Positions 1-11,199 of a stretch of 64,000 nt of DNA are shown here, piece by piece. This stretch comes from Neorhizobium sp. UBA7851 (GTDB lineage Bacteria; Pseudomonadota; Alphaproteobacteria; Rhizobiales; Rhizobiaceae): the NCBI GenBank assembly GCA_002500765.1, contig DLSX01000130.1, positions 16,859 through 80,858 of the forward strand. The letters are read 5' to 3'. The position numbers and the translations under genes were made by a program. Below the pieces are notes generated by a model. The model searched no databases, was not told the origin of the DNA, and saw only the letters and a program-made list of their open reading frames with translations. Numbering within the stretch: position 1 is the first letter of the stretch; each line of letters opens with the position of its first letter.

Positions 1-743
1 ATCAGTTCGATCCGGTCCGGCAGGCCGGGATAGGCCGAGGTCGTGGCATTCAGCGTGCCGATCGCACCGCTTTCGAAGGAGAACGAGGCGGCGACTAGAT
101 CTTCCGTCTCCATTTTGTGTATGGGTGTAGTGCGAACGAAGGACGACACATCCTTAGGCTTCCCGGCATAGCTCAACAGCAGGTCGATCGTATGGATCGC
201 CTGGGTGAGAAGAACACCGCCGCCGTCGCGCGCCCGCGTGCCCCTGCCCTCGACATCGTAATAGCTCTGCGGCCGCCAGTTGCGGATGGCGGCGGAAGCA
301 CCGACCAGCGATCCGAGACGACCGGTGACCACCAGGAGATCGAGCGCCAGGGCTGCAGGGCGGAAGCGGTTCTGCAGCACGACGCCCAGCTTCACATCGA
401 CTTTCTCAGCCATACTGACGATGGCCTCGGCTCGTTCGAGGCTGATATCCAGCGGCTTTTCCAGAAGGATATGTTTCCCCGCCGCCGCTGCGCGTTCGAC
501 AAGCTCGAAATGGCTGCTCGGAGGCGTCAGGATCAAAACCGCATCGATCTGCGAATTGTCGAAAATCGCGTCGAGACTGTCCACGACGGGGATCGGATAA
601 TCAGCGGCGAAAACCTCGCGGCGTGCGGCTGTGGGGCTGAAGGCCGCAACACATTCGACCTGATCGGCAAGATCGAGCAAGGCGCGGGCGTGATGGCCCG
701 CCGCCATGCCAAGACCAATCATCGCCATCCGCAGCTTCGCCAT
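1..743 (-). CDS. Gfo/Idh/MocA family oxidoreductase (runs off the window start)
   Basis: Not in the ORF track. Hand translation gives MAKLRMAMIGLG...GKHILLEKP...GGGVLLTQAIHTIDLL. An AGGAGGA RBS precedes the ATG at 743. Confidence 0.85.
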   Translation of the reverse strand, partial: MAKLRMAMIGLGMAAGHHARALLDLADQVECVAAFSPTAARREVFAADYPIPVVDSLDAIFDNSQIDAVLILTPPSSHFELVERAAAAGKHILLEKPLDISLERAEAIVSMAEKVDVKLGVVLQNRFRPAALALDLLVVTGRLGSLVGASAAIRNWRPQSYYDVEGRGTRARDGGGVLLTQAIHTIDLLLSYAGKPKDVSSFVRTTPIHKMETEDLVAASFSFESGAIGTLNATTSAYPGLPDRIEL

Positions 744-1029
744 ATCGTACTCCTCCTGAAACCATGCGCCCAGAAATCCTGCGCAATGAAGACTTAGTCG
801 CAACCACCCCGTTTGCGAAGCTGGAACTTCGCCCACCGGGCGTGGTTGGAGAAGACAAATAGACGCTATGGACGTTCGATCACGCCCATGAAGGAATGGG
901 GCCGAGACGAGCCGTATCATAAAAAAGATCACGGCAAAGCAACCTTTTATTGCCATGTCACATCAATGATTTCGGCCTGACGCATCGTGTCGGACGCAGT
1001 AATCACACCCCGATGGCGACAATTTTATC

Positions 1030-1055
1030 GGAACCAGCCCAGCCGCAACGCAGTT
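1030..1055 (+). promoter_or_regulatory. Putative EcfG/RpoE2 (general stress sigma) promoter of the glgE operon
   Basis: GGAAC-N19-TT (GGAAC cagcccagccgcaacgcag TT), about 60 nt upstream of the glgE ATG. Confidence 0.5.
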
Positions 1056-1114
1056 AGTCCACGGTCCTCGTGGCTCAAATCGACTGCTCCAACGCTCAAG
1101 GCAAGGCAAGACCG

Positions 1115-4100
1115 ATGAACACGCGCCCGCAATTCGCTTCCCGCATTTCGCTCACCGACCTGCCGCCACAGATCTACTATGTCCATCCGCTGGCGTTGCG
1201 CGGCATCGACGCTTGGCGAGAGGTTTTCGCCCATGCCCGCGATCTCGGTTTCGATACGGTGCTTTCCGGTCCGATTTACGAGCGCGGTGCGGGTGCGAGC
1301 ATATTCACGAGCCGGGATTTCAACCGAACGGACCCGTCCCTCGGCCTTGCTGCCGATCCCGCCGAGGCAATCGCTGCCCTCGTTTCGGCGGCGAAGAAGC
1401 ATGAACTGAAATTCATGCTCGATCTCGTCATCGACCAGATTGCCGCCGACCGCGAACACGCCCCGCCCGTCGCCGCCGATCCACGGCTGAAGCCGCAGCA
1501 GGTAGGCGCTCGGACCATCGATTTTCTCGCCGAGACACGACAGCTGCAGGGTTGGCGCGAGCGGCTTATCTCACTGGCAGAGATCGGCGTCGCCGGGTTC
1601 CGCTGCATCGGCATCGGCCGGGTGGCACCGGAAGCTTGGCATAATCTCATCGCTCTTGCCCGCCGCTCAAAACCAGAGACGATTTTCGTCGCCTGGACGC
1701 CGGGAAGTGCCTTTGCCGACCGCAAGGCGCTTTCCGGCACCGGCATGGATGGCAGTTTCTCCTCGCTTGCATGGTGGGACATGGAAGAACGCTGGATCAT
1801 GGACGAATACCAGATCCAGCGTGATCTCGGTTACCAGATCGCCTTTCCCGAAGCGCCGTTCGGCAAGCGCATTGCCCATGGGACCGATGGCTGCGAGGTT
1901 CTTAAGCGCAAGGCAGTGCGGGCGCTGAAACTCGCCTCGACCTTTACCAGCGGATTGATGATCCCGATGGGGTTCGAATATGGCGTGTCCCTACCGCTCG
2001 ATCCGCTGCATGGAGACGGTTCCGGCCTTCGGAGCCTGAAGGATCAGGGCGCTTACGACCTTTCCGCCGAAATCCGCGAGATCAACGGCACGCCGAACAA
2101 GACGGCAGCCGGTTTTGCACGGCGACCGCTGAAACTCGTTTCGGCGAGCCAGGGGCCGGTGGTCGGACTTTTCCAGACCGATGAGGAAGACAGCCGCGCT
2201 TCGGAAAAGATGCGCGTCGTGCTTCTGAACCGGGATCTCCGCAAGACCGCTCCTGCACCTTTCAACGTATTGCGCGAGGCGGCCTCCCCTTTCCTGCCGC
2301 TGGTGGCACTGGAAGATGAGGCGGAGGTGTTCGACGCAAGGCTGAAGCTGAAGCCCGGCGAGATTCGCATTTTCGAGGGCTATGTTTCCGAACCGATCGT
2401 CGATGCCGTGCCTGTACCGAGCGCCAATGATGCCGCCGCCACGCCGCGGCTGGCGATCGAAAAGATCACACCAACGGTGGATGAAGGCCGGTTCGTGGTG
2501 AAGCGGGTCGTCGGCGAGATGCTGAAGGTCGAGGCAGACATTTTCAGCGATGGACATGATCCGCTCGCAGCTGCCCTCGTCTACCGTTGCGCCGATGACG
2601 AAGACTGGCAGGAAGTGCCGATGCAATTGGTGCTCAACGATCGTTGGCAGGCGGAGTTTCCGCTGAAGCGCATGGGTCGGCACGAGTTTGCCATCGAGGG
2701 CTGGAAGAACCCGTTCCAGATCTTTCGCTACGAGTTCACCAAGAAGCATGAAGCCGGGCTGGATCTGCGACTGGAGATACAGGAAGGCATAAATCTGGTG
2801 CTCGATGCGTTGGATCATGCTTCCGGCGAGCTGAAGCCGAGATTGCAAAAGCTTTTCGACCAGCTGACGGCGGAGCAGGACAAGCAGCGGACCCAGACCC
2901 TGCTTCTGCCCGAGACCGCCGAGCTTATGGCGACGGCCGATCGACGGCCGCATCGGGTGCGCTCAAAGGTCATCCCGGTGGATGCTGAGCGGACGGCGGC
3001 GGCCTTTGCCAGCTGGTACCAGATCTTTCCGCGCTCGCAGAGCGGCGATCCGAACCGGCACGGCACGTTCGACGATGTCATCGCTCGGCTTCCGGCCATC
3101 CGCGAGATGGGCTTCGACGTGCTTTATTTCCCGCCGATCCACCCGATCGGAAGCACGAACCGCAAGGGCAAGAACAACACTTTGACACCCGGCCCGACCG
3201 ATCCGGGCAGTCCTTATGCGATCGGCTCGCCGGATGGCGGGCATGCCGACATCCATCCCGAACTCGGCACGTTCGAGGATTTTCGCCGGCTGGTGGATGC
3301 GGCAGAAGAGCATGGACTCGAGATCGCGCTCGATCTCGCCATCCAGGCGTCGCCCGACCATCCATGGCTGAAGTCGCATCCCGGCTGGTTCGACTGGCGG
3401 CCGGACGGGACGATCCGCTACGCGGAAAACCCGCCGAAGAAATACGAGGACATCGTGAATGTCGATTTCTATGCCTGCGAGGCCGTGCCTTCGCTGTGGG
3501 TGGAGCTGCGCGATGTCGTGCAGAAATGGGTTGATAATGGGGTAAAACTGTTCCGCGTCGACAACCCGCATACCAAGCCGTTTCCGTTCTGGGAGTGGAT
3601 GATCGCCGATATCCGCGCGCGGCATCCGGATGTGGTGTTCCTGTCGGAGGCTTTCACCAAACCGAAGGTGATGTACCGGCTCGCCAAGGTCGGATTCTCG
3701 CAATCCTATACCTATTTCACCTGGCGCAACGCCAAGTGGGAACTCGAAGAGTATATGCGCGAGATCACCACGGAAGAGCCCAAGGAATTCTTCAGGCCGC
3801 ATTTCTTCGTCAACACCCACGACATCAATCCGGATTTTCTGCAGAACGCGCCGCGCCCGGCCTATCTGATCCGGGCCGCACTTGCCGCCACGCTGTCTGG
3901 CCTCTGGGGTGTCTATAACGGTTTCGAACTCTGCGAGGGCCGGCCCGACGCCAAGCGCAAGGAATATGCGGATTCGGAGAAATACGAAATCCGCGCCTGG
4001 GATTATGACCGGCCCGGTAACATCAAGGGCGAAATCGCGCTTCTGAACCGCATCCGCCGCGAGAACCCGGCGCTGCATTCGCATCTCGGCCTACAGCTTC

Positions 4101-4369
4101 TGACGGCCTGGAACGACAATATCATGTTCTTCGAGAAGGCGAGCGCGGGGCGCGAAAACGTGCTGCTGATCGCCGTCAATCTCGACCCTTACAATGCGCA
4201 TGAAGCGGATGTCGAAATTCCGCTCTGGTCGTCGAACCTTCCCGACCACGCATCGCTTCAACTGGAAGATCTGATCGCCGGCAACCGGTTCACCTGGACA
4301 GGAAAGATCCAGCGCCTGCGGCTCGACCCGCAGGCAGGACTGCCGTTCGCCATATGGCGTGTCAGATAA
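1115..4369 (+). CDS. glgE: Alpha-1,4-glucan:maltose-1-phosphate maltosyltransferase, long form with an extra N-terminal GH13-like domain
   Basis: Motifs YFPPIHPIG, YAENPPKKYEDI, FRVDNPHTKP and FLSEAFT. Lies upstream of treS and glgB. Confidence 0.93.
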   Translation: MNTRPQFASRISLTDLPPQIYYVHPLALRGIDAWREVFAHARDLGFDTVLSGPIYERGAGASIFTSRDFNRTDPSLGLAADPAEAIAALVSAAKKHELKFMLDLVIDQIAADREHAPPVAADPRLKPQQVGARTIDFLAETRQLQGWRERLISLAEIGVAGFRCIGIGRVAPEAWHNLIALARRSKPETIFVAWTPGSAFADRKALSGTGMDGSFSSLAWWDMEERWIMDEYQIQRDLGYQIAFPEAPFGKRIAHGTDGCEVLKRKAVRALKLASTFTSGLMIPMGFEYGVSLPLDPLHGDGSGLRSLKDQGAYDLSAEIREINGTPNKTAAGFARRPLKLVSASQGPVVGLFQTDEEDSRASEKMRVVLLNRDLRKTAPAPFNVLREAASPFLPLVALEDEAEVFDARLKLKPGEIRIFEGYVSEPIVDAVPVPSANDAAATPRLAIEKITPTVDEGRFVVKRVVGEMLKVEADIFSDGHDPLAAALVYRCADDEDWQEVPMQLVLNDRWQAEFPLKRMGRHEFAIEGWKNPFQIFRYEFTKKHEAGLDLRLEIQEGINLVLDALDHASGELKPRLQKLFDQLTAEQDKQRTQTLLLPETAELMATADRRPHRVRSKVIPVDAERTAAAFASWYQIFPRSQSGDPNRHGTFDDVIARLPAIREMGFDVLYFPPIHPIGSTNRKGKNNTLTPGPTDPGSPYAIGSPDGGHADIHPELGTFEDFRRLVDAAEEHGLEIALDLAIQASPDHPWLKSHPGWFDWRPDGTIRYAENPPKKYEDIVNVDFYACEAVPSLWVELRDVVQKWVDNGVKLFRVDNPHTKPFPFWEWMIADIRARHPDVVFLSEAFTKPKVMYRLAKVGFSQSYTYFTWRNAKWELEEYMREITTEEPKEFFRPHFFVNTHDINPDFLQNAPRPAYLIRAALAATLSGLWGVYNGFELCEGRPDAKRKEYADSEKYEIRAWDYDRPGNIKGEIALLNRIRRENPALHSHLGLQLLTAWNDNIMFFEKASAGRENVLLIAVNLDPYNAHEADVEIPLWSSNLPDHASLQLEDLIAGNRFTWTGKIQRLRLDPQAGLPFAIWRVR

Positions 4370-4383
4370 GGGAGGAATGCGCC

Positions 4384-7300
4384 GTGGATTTCATGACCAA
4401 CAGCATGACGGATGCGATGGGCCAGCAGTCACAGGGTGACGATCCATTGTGGTACAAGGATGCGATCATTTACCAGCTGCATGTGAAGTCGTTTCACGAC
4501 AGCAACGGCGACGGGATCGGCGACTTCAAGGGGCTCACAGAGAAGCTCGATCATATCGCTTCCCTCGGCGCCAATGCGATCTGGCTCCTGCCTTTCTTCC
4601 CCTCCCCTCGGCGTGATGACGGTTACGACATCGCCGATTACGGCAATGTCAGCCCGGACTACGGCACGATGGAGGATTTTCGGGCCTTCGTGGATGCAGC
4701 CCATGAACGCGGCATTCGGGTGATCATCGAGCTCGTCATCAATCACACATCAGACCAGCATCCATGGTTTCAGCGGGCACGTCATGCGCCGGAAGGATCG
4801 CCGGAGCGGGATTTCTATGTCTGGTCCGATACTGACCAGAAGTTTCCCGAAACGCGCATCATCTTCCTCGATACGGAAAAATCGAACTGGACCTGGGATC
4901 CGGTCGCCGGCGCCTATTACTGGCACCGCTTCTATTCGCACCAGCCGGACCTCAACTTCGACAATCCGCAGGTACTGGAGGAATTGCTGAAGGTGATGCG
5001 TTATTGGGCTGATACCGGGATCGACGGTTTCCGGCTCGATGCCATTCCTTATCTGATCGAGCGCGAGGGCACGAATAACGAGAACCTGCCCGAGACCCAC
5101 GACATCCTGAAGCAGATCCGCGCGGCGCTCGACGAAAGCCATCCCGGCAAGATGCTCTTGGCCGAAGCCAATCAATGGCCGGAGGATACGCGGGAATATT
5201 TCGGCGATGGCGACGAATGCAACATGGCGTTCCATTTCCCGCTGATGCCGCGCATGTATATGGCGATCGCCAAGGAAGACCGGTTCCCGATCACCGACAT
5301 CATGCGCCAGACGCCGGAAATTCCGGACAATTGCCAATGGGCGATCTTCCTTCGCAACCATGACGAGCTGACGCTGGAAATGGTGACCGACGAGGAACGC
5401 GACTACTTGTGGAACACCTATGCCGCGGACCGACGTGCGCGCATCAATCTCGGCATTCGCCGACGTCTTGCGCCGCTGATGGAACGCGACCGGCGGCGCA
5501 TCGAGCTGATGAACGCCCTGCTCCTCTCCATGCCCGGCACGCCGGTTCTCTATTACGGCGACGAGATCGGCATGGGAGACAATATCTATCTCGGCGACCG
5601 GGATGGTGTGCGGACCCCGATGCAGTGGTCGCCGGACCGCAATGGCGGCTTTTCCAAGGGTGATCCGGCGCGCCTTGTGCTGCCGCCGGTGATGGACCCG
5701 CTTTATGGATATGAGGCTGTCAATGTCGAGGCGCAGGGGGCGGATGCGCACTCGCTGCTCAACTGGACCCGCCGCATGCTGGCGCTGCGCAACCGCCACC
5801 CGGCCTTCGGGCGCGGCTCGCTGAAATTCCTCACACCCGGCAACCGCAAGATCATGGCCTACCTGCGTCAGCATGAGGGAGAGACGATCCTCTGCGTAGC
5901 CAATCTTTCGCGCCTGCCGCAGGCGGTGGAACTGGATCTATCCAAGTTCGAGGGCTCCGTGCCGATCGAACTTACCGGCATGTCGCCCTTCCCGCCGATC
6001 GGGCAATTGACCTATCTGCTGACGCTTCCACCCTACGGATTTTTCTGGTTCCAGCTGGAGGCCGATTCAGATGGTCCGAGCTGGCGCAAGGCGCCGCCGG
6101 AACAGGTACAGGACATGGTGACCATGGTGGTTCGGCGCGACCTGCAGGAATTGCTCGACCAGCCGAAGCTTTCCGACACGATGTCCAACGAGGTCTTGCC
6201 GGGCTATCTGACCATGCGGCGCTGGTTCGGCTCGAAGGGGCAGATCCTCAACCATGCTTCGCTGATTTCGGCAACGCCGCTGCCGTTTGCCAACAATATC
6301 CTGCTTGGCGAATTGGAGGCCGATATCGCCGGGCGGATGGACAGCTATCTTCTGCCGCTTGCTGTTTCCTGGGACGACAGTTTTCCGACAGCACTTGCGC
6401 AGCAGCTGGCAATGGCGCGCTTGCGGCAAGGCCGCCGCGTCGGGTTCCTGACCGACGGTTTTGCGCATGAAAGTTTCGCACGGGCGATCCTGCGCGGACT
6501 GTCCGAGCGGGCCTCGATTTCCGGCCGCACCGGATCACTGGATTTCATCGGTACGGATCATCTCGACAAGCTGGAGATCTCCGACGACCTGCCGGTTCAT
6601 TGGTTATCCGCGGAACAGTCCAACAGCTCGTTGATCGTCGGCGATCTGGCGATGGTAAAGCTGATCCGCCACATCTTCCCGGGCATCCATCCGGAGGTGG
6701 AAATGACCCGTCATCTCACCAGGATCGGCTATCGGAACACCGCGCAACTGCTTGGCGAGGTGACGCGAACCGGGCCTGACGGCACGCTTCATACGCTGAT
6801 CATCGTGCAGAAGGCGATCCGCAACCAGGGGGATGCCTGGAACTGGATGCTCAGCAATCTACGCCGCTCCATCGATGAGATCGTGGTGACCGGGATCGAC
6901 GGCAGTGCTGCGGATGAGCATTTCAAGCCGCTGGTCGACTTTGCTGCCACGATCGGCACAAGGCTCGGCGAGCTGCATGTGGCGCTGGCAGAAAACACCG
7001 ATGACGAGGCCTTTAAGCCGGAATGGGGCACGAAGGAGGATGTTGCAGCGGCCCGCCGCGCGGTTGCCGATCAGATCAGCCAGAGCCTTACCATTCTGGA
7101 AGGTACGGTCGACGGGCTGGAAGGAGAGCTTGCCGAAATCGCCAGGTCGCTGATCGCCCGCCGCGATGAACTGACCGCACTTGCCGGACGGTTGACGGAA
7201 GCGACCGGTGGCACGCTGAAAACGCGCCATCACGGCGACTTCCATCTCGGCCAGATCCTGGTTGCCGAAAGCGATGCCTATATTATCGATTTCGAGGGCG

Positions 7301-7692
7301 AGCCGACAAAGACGCTGGCAGATCGCAGGGCCAAGACCAACCCGTTGCGCGATGTCGCCGGGCTGTTGCGCTCGCTCAGCTATCTTGCCGCCGCAGCCGA
7401 CATGGACAGGGAAGTGGTGAGCGAGGTGGACCACATTCGCCACCGCCAGCTGATTACTCGCTTCATCGAACTGGCCGAACCGGCTTTCCTCAGCGCCTAT
7501 TTCACCGCGGTCGAGAAATCCGATGCACTGATGCAATCGAACCAGAACCGCGACCGGGTGCTCGATCTCTTCCTGCTCGAAAAGGCCGCTTATGAAGTGG
7601 TTTACGAAGTCCGCAGCCGGCCGCACTGGCTGCCGCTCCCGCTTGCCGGTTTTTCGGCGATCGCCTCCCGTCTTTTGGAGACTGACCGATGA
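4384..7692 (+). CDS. treS: Trehalose synthase / maltokinase fusion
   Basis: TreS motifs [19 protein letters not shown] and [12 protein letters not shown]-terminal kinase motifs [17 protein letters not shown] and [16 protein letters not shown] before GTG at 4384. Confidence 0.93.
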   Translation: MDFMTNSMTDAMGQQSQGDDPLWYKDAIIYQLHVKSFHDSNGDGIGDFKGLTEKLDHIASLGANAIWLLPFFPSPRRDDGYDIADYGNVSPDYGTMEDFRAFVDAAHERGIRVIIELVINHTSDQHPWFQRARHAPEGSPERDFYVWSDTDQKFPETRIIFLDTEKSNWTWDPVAGAYYWHRFYSHQPDLNFDNPQVLEELLKVMRYWADTGIDGFRLDAIPYLIEREGTNNENLPETHDILKQIRAALDESHPGKMLLAEANQWPEDTREYFGDGDECNMAFHFPLMPRMYMAIAKEDRFPITDIMRQTPEIPDNCQWAIFLRNHDELTLEMVTDEERDYLWNTYAADRRARINLGIRRRLAPLMERDRRRIELMNALLLSMPGTPVLYYGDEIGMGDNIYLGDRDGVRTPMQWSPDRNGGFSKGDPARLVLPPVMDPLYGYEAVNVEAQGADAHSLLNWTRRMLALRNRHPAFGRGSLKFLTPGNRKIMAYLRQHEGETILCVANLSRLPQAVELDLSKFEGSVPIELTGMSPFPPIGQLTYLLTLPPYGFFWFQLEADSDGPSWRKAPPEQVQDMVTMVVRRDLQELLDQPKLSDTMSNEVLPGYLTMRRWFGSKGQILNHASLISATPLPFANNILLGELEADIAGRMDSYLLPLAVSWDDSFPTALAQQLAMARLRQGRRVGFLTDGFAHESFARAILRGLSERASISGRTGSLDFIGTDHLDKLEISDDLPVHWLSAEQSNSSLIVGDLAMVKLIRHIFPGIHPEVEMTRHLTRIGYRNTAQLLGEVTRTGPDGTLHTLIIVQKAIRNQGDAWNWMLSNLRRSIDEIVVTGIDGSAADEHFKPLVDFAATIGTRLGELHVALAENTDDEAFKPEWGTKEDVAAARRAVADQISQSLTILEGTVDGLEGELAEIARSLIARRDELTALAGRLTEATGGTLKTRHHGDFHLGQILVAESDAYIIDFEGEPTKTLADRRAKTNPLRDVAGLLRSLSYLAAAADMDREVVSEVDHIRHRQLITRFIELAEPAFLSAYFTAVEKSDALMQSNQNRDRVLDLFLLEKAAYEVVYEVRSRPHWLPLPLAGFSAIASRLLETDR

Positions 7693-9896
7693 GATATGAA
7701 CGCGCAGACCTGATGACCGGCATGGTGCAGGAAGGCCTGCAGGCCTTGGCCGAAGGACGGCATGGCGACCCCTTCTCCATTCTCGGGCAGCACCAGTATG
7801 GCGAGCTGACCGTGGTCAGAGCGCTGTTGCCCGGCGCGCTGTCAGTCTCGGTGATCGAAAGCGAAACCGGACGGGTGATGGCGGAGCTGGAGCCGATCCA
7901 TGAAGTCGGCATTTTTGCCGGTCTTGTCGGCAGCCCTGCGCCCTATAAGCTACGGATCGAATGGCCGGATGCGGTGCAGGAGACGGAAGACTCCTATTCC
8001 TTCCCGCCGCTGCTCGGCGATCTCGATCTACATCTGATCAGCCAGGGCACGCATTACGAACTCGGCCGCACACTCGGGGCGATCCCATTGGAGATGGACG
8101 GCATTTCGGGCGTGCGATTTTCCGTCTGGGCGCCGAATGCGCGGCGGGTTTCGGTGGTCGGCGATTTCAATGCCTGGGATGGACGGCGCAACCCGATGCG
8201 GCTGCGGCCGCAGGCGGGAATATGGGAGCTTTTCATTCCCCGCCTCACCCATGGCGAACGCTACAAGTTCGAGCTTCTGGATACGCATGGCAATCTCCTG
8301 CCGCAGCGCGCCGACCCGGTGGCGCGGTCCTCGGAGGCGGCCCCGTCAACCGCCTCGATCATCGCCTCGTCAAAACCGTTCCGCTGGAATGATGGCGACT
8401 GGATGGAAGCACAGGCAAAAGACCGTAACCGCGACGGCGCGATGTCGGTTTATGAAGTGCATCTCGGCTCGTGGGTGAGGATTTCCGAAGAAGGCAACCG
8501 GTCACTCGACTGGGTGGAACTCAGCCAACGGCTTGTGCCTTATGTGAAGTCTCTCGGCTTTACCCATATCGAAATGCTGCCGATCATGGAGCATCCGTTC
8601 GGCGGCTCCTGGGGTTATCAGCCGCTCGGCCTGTTTGCGCCTACCGGGCGCTACGGCACGCCGGAGGACTTTGCCTATTTCGTCGACCGCTGTCATCAGG
8701 CCGGGATCGGCGTCATCCTCGACTGGGTGCCGGCGCATTTTCCGACGGATGTCTGGGGTCTGGCGCGTTTCGACGGGACAGCGCTTTATGAACATGCCGA
8801 TCCGCGCGAAGGTTTCCACAAGGACTGGAACACGCTGATCTACAATCTCGGCCGCAACGAGGTAAAAGGTTTCCTGATCGCCTCTGCGCTCGAATGGCTC
8901 GAGCATTTCCATATTGATGCGCTGCGTGTCGATGCGGTCGCCTCGATGCTCTATCGCGACTACAGCCGCAATGAAGGCGAATGGATCCCCAACCAGTATG
9001 GCGGGCGGGAGAACCTCGAATCCGTCGAATTCTTCAAGCATCTGAACAGCATCATCCATGACCGCTGCCCGCATGCCTTCACGGTGGCGGAGGAATCGAC
9101 CGCATGGCCGGGCGTGACGAAGAAGCCGGAAGACGGCGGGCTGGGCTTCGATTTCAAATGGAACATGGGATGGATGCATGACACGCTGCATTACATCTCC
9201 GACGATCCCCTCTACCGCAAATACCAGCATGGCGGCATGACCTTTGGGATGATCTACGCCTATTCCGAACGTTTCATGCTGCCGATCAGCCATGACGAAG
9301 TGGTGCATGGCAAGGGCTCGCTGCTCGGCAAAATGCCGGGAGACGCGTGGCAGAAGCTTGCCAATCTGCGGGCCTATTACGGCTTCATGTGGGGCCATCC
9401 CGGCAAGAAACTGCTGTTCATGGGCTGCGAGATCGGTCAGGAGAGCGAATGGAACCATGACGGCTCGGTCGTCTGGGACCTGCTGGACCGGCCCGAACAT
9501 GCCGGCATCCAATTCCTGATCCGCGACCTCAATCAGCTCTATTCCGAAGAACCGGCACTGCAATTCAGCGACCTTCACCCAGAAGGTTTCCAATGGGCCG
9601 TGGCCGATGATGCGGAAAACTCCGTTTACGGCATGCTGCGTTCATCACAGGATCGATCGTCGCATATGCTGGTCATGTCGAACATGACGCCTGTGCCGCG
9701 ATACGGCTACCGAGTGGGTGTGCCCGATGAAGGCCGCTGGGAAGTGGTACTGAATACCGATGCAGCGATCTATGGCGGAGCCAATTTCGGCCAGATGGAT
9801 GCATGGGCACAACGCTCGCCGGAACACGGCAAGCCGTTCTCGATCGCGCTCGACATGCCACCGCTTTCGACGGTGTTTTTGAAATGGCGGCGGTGA
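7689..9896 (+). CDS. glgB: 1,4-alpha-glucan branching enzyme
   Basis: Motifs [27 protein letters not shown] and [13 protein letters not shown] overlap with treS. Confidence 0.95.
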   Translation: MRYERADLMTGMVQEGLQALAEGRHGDPFSILGQHQYGELTVVRALLPGALSVSVIESETGRVMAELEPIHEVGIFAGLVGSPAPYKLRIEWPDAVQETEDSYSFPPLLGDLDLHLISQGTHYELGRTLGAIPLEMDGISGVRFSVWAPNARRVSVVGDFNAWDGRRNPMRLRPQAGIWELFIPRLTHGERYKFELLDTHGNLLPQRADPVARSSEAAPSTASIIASSKPFRWNDGDWMEAQAKDRNRDGAMSVYEVHLGSWVRISEEGNRSLDWVELSQRLVPYVKSLGFTHIEMLPIMEHPFGGSWGYQPLGLFAPTGRYGTPEDFAYFVDRCHQAGIGVILDWVPAHFPTDVWGLARFDGTALYEHADPREGFHKDWNTLIYNLGRNEVKGFLIASALEWLEHFHIDALRVDAVASMLYRDYSRNEGEWIPNQYGGRENLESVEFFKHLNSIIHDRCPHAFTVAEESTAWPGVTKKPEDGGLGFDFKWNMGWMHDTLHYISDDPLYRKYQHGGMTFGMIYAYSERFMLPISHDEVVHGKGSLLGKMPGDAWQKLANLRAYYGFMWGHPGKKLLFMGCEIGQESEWNHDGSVVWDLLDRPEHAGIQFLIRDLNQLYSEEPALQFSDLHPEGFQWAVADDAENSVYGMLRSSQDRSSHMLVMSNMTPVPRYGYRVGVPDEGRWEVVLNTDAAIYGGANFGQMDAWAQRSPEHGKPFSIALDMPPLSTVFLKWRR

Positions 9897-11090
9897 TTAT
9901 TCGCCCCGCCATCCCTGCTGATAACTGACCTTATCAACGCCCGCGAAACGGCCGACCCGCTGCAGTTCCGCATCCAGCCTTTCCAGTCTGCCAGCAGATG
10001 CCCGAATACCCTTTTCCAGCCAGAGGCGCTTGACGTCGAGCACGCCTGCCTTGCGGTCGGCCTTCATGTCGATGCGGCCGATCATCCGGTCGCCTTCCAA
10101 AAGCGGAAAGACGTAATAGCCGTATTGCCGTTTCGGCTCCGGTACAAAAACCTCGATACGGTAGAAGAAGTTGAACAGACGTTCGGCCCGATCGCGGTTG
10201 CGTAACAGTGGATCGAACGGGCTCAGGACGCGGATTCGGGCCGGTGGTTCGGGGATGATGCCGAGGTTTTCGGGAAAGCCCGGCAGCGCGAAGGAGGCGC
10301 GCGGCTTGCTGCCGTCGGCGGTGCCGATCAGTACCTCGACCAGCTCGTTTCGATGCGCCACCACCCAGTCTCGCGCCTCAATCGGCGTGACGATATCCCA
10401 GAAGGCGGCGATCTCGCCGGATGTGGCAAATCCCAGACGCTTCAGCGCGCTGCGGCAGGCCCAGTCGACAAATGCGTCGTGTTCGACTTCCGGTTCATGG
10501 TGATGGGACGCGATGACCCGTTCCGTCAGGTCGTAGATTTTTTGGAAATTCACCCGGCCGGAAATTGCCAGCTTGCCGGTGTGCCAGTGATATTCAAGCG
10601 CGCTCTTGTTCGGATGCCAGTTCCACCAGCCGCCGGACTTGTGGTATTCCACCTTCATGTCGCGGGACATGATCGCGCCGTTTTCCGTTATGTGCCGGAG
10701 CGTTTCCTCAAAGGTGCTATCAAACCCCTCACCCTGCCACTTGCGCCAGCGTTCGGCAAGGACCGGCCCACGGCGGCGAAAACGGTGTTTCCAATAGCGA
10801 AACAGCCGCGCCGGGATGATCGAGGCATCATGCGTCCAGTGCTCGAAAAGCTCACCGTCCTTTTCCAGAAGCGCCGTCAGATGCTCGCGCCTGTAGGTCT
10901 GGTTTCGGGAAAACAGGATCATGTGATGGGCGCGCTCGACAGTGGCGATGCTGTCCACCTGGACGAAGCCAAGATCGTCGATGAGCTGCAGCAGGCCGGC
11001 CTTGGGCAGCGCGCGGCCGGGCGGAGCGGAAAGCTGTTGCCGCTCCAGGAAGATTCTTCGCGCCTGCTCGTTCGGAATCAAGATAGCCAT
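9897..11090 (-). CDS. ycaQ: YcaQ/AlkZ-like (HTH_42) interstrand-crosslink DNA glycosylase
   Basis: Catalytic QxD in GFVQVDS, plus LSPFDPL and FFYRIEVFVPEPKRQYGYYV. SOS box upstream. Confidence 0.85.
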   Translation of the reverse strand: MAILIPNEQARRIFLERQQLSAPPGRALPKAGLLQLIDDLGFVQVDSIATVERAHHMILFSRNQTYRREHLTALLEKDGELFEHWTHDASIIPARLFRYWKHRFRRRGPVLAERWRKWQGEGFDSTFEETLRHITENGAIMSRDMKVEYHKSGGWWNWHPNKSALEYHWHTGKLAISGRVNFQKIYDLTERVIASHHHEPEVEHDAFVDWACRSALKRLGFATSGEIAAFWDIVTPIEARDWVVAHRNELVEVLIGTADGSKPRASFALPGFPENLGIIPEPPARIRVLSPFDPLLRNRDRAERLFNFFYRIEVFVPEPKRQYGYYVFPLLEGDRMIGRIDMKADRKAGVLDVKRLWLEKGIRASAGRLERLDAELQRVGRFAGVDKVSYQQGWRGE

Positions 11091-11127
11091 GCGCTTGAGA
11101 CTAGGTCGTCGACACAACCTTTGCAAT

Positions 11128-11142
11128 GTTCTTTTTTTGTTC
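11128..11142 (-). promoter_or_regulatory. Alphaproteobacterial LexA (SOS) box
   Basis: Perfect GTTC-N7-GTTC (gttc ttttttt gttc), 37 nt upstream of the ycaQ ATG. Confidence 0.8.
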
Positions 11143-11199
11143 CGAATTCCTTTGTCGGGAGCACCGGTTTATAGACGCGAAGGCATTTGAGGATCTGGT

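Noticed and set aside
117..797. 226-aa plus-strand ORF
   Set aside because: Antisense shadow of the minus-strand Gfo/Idh/MocA gene.
4384..7692. TreS-maltokinase fusion as a novelty
   Set aside because: This is a known architecture in proteobacterial GlgE pathways.
11169..11178. Possible BioR site upstream of bioM
   Set aside because: TTATAGACGC matches only the left part of the TTATMKATAA palindrome.
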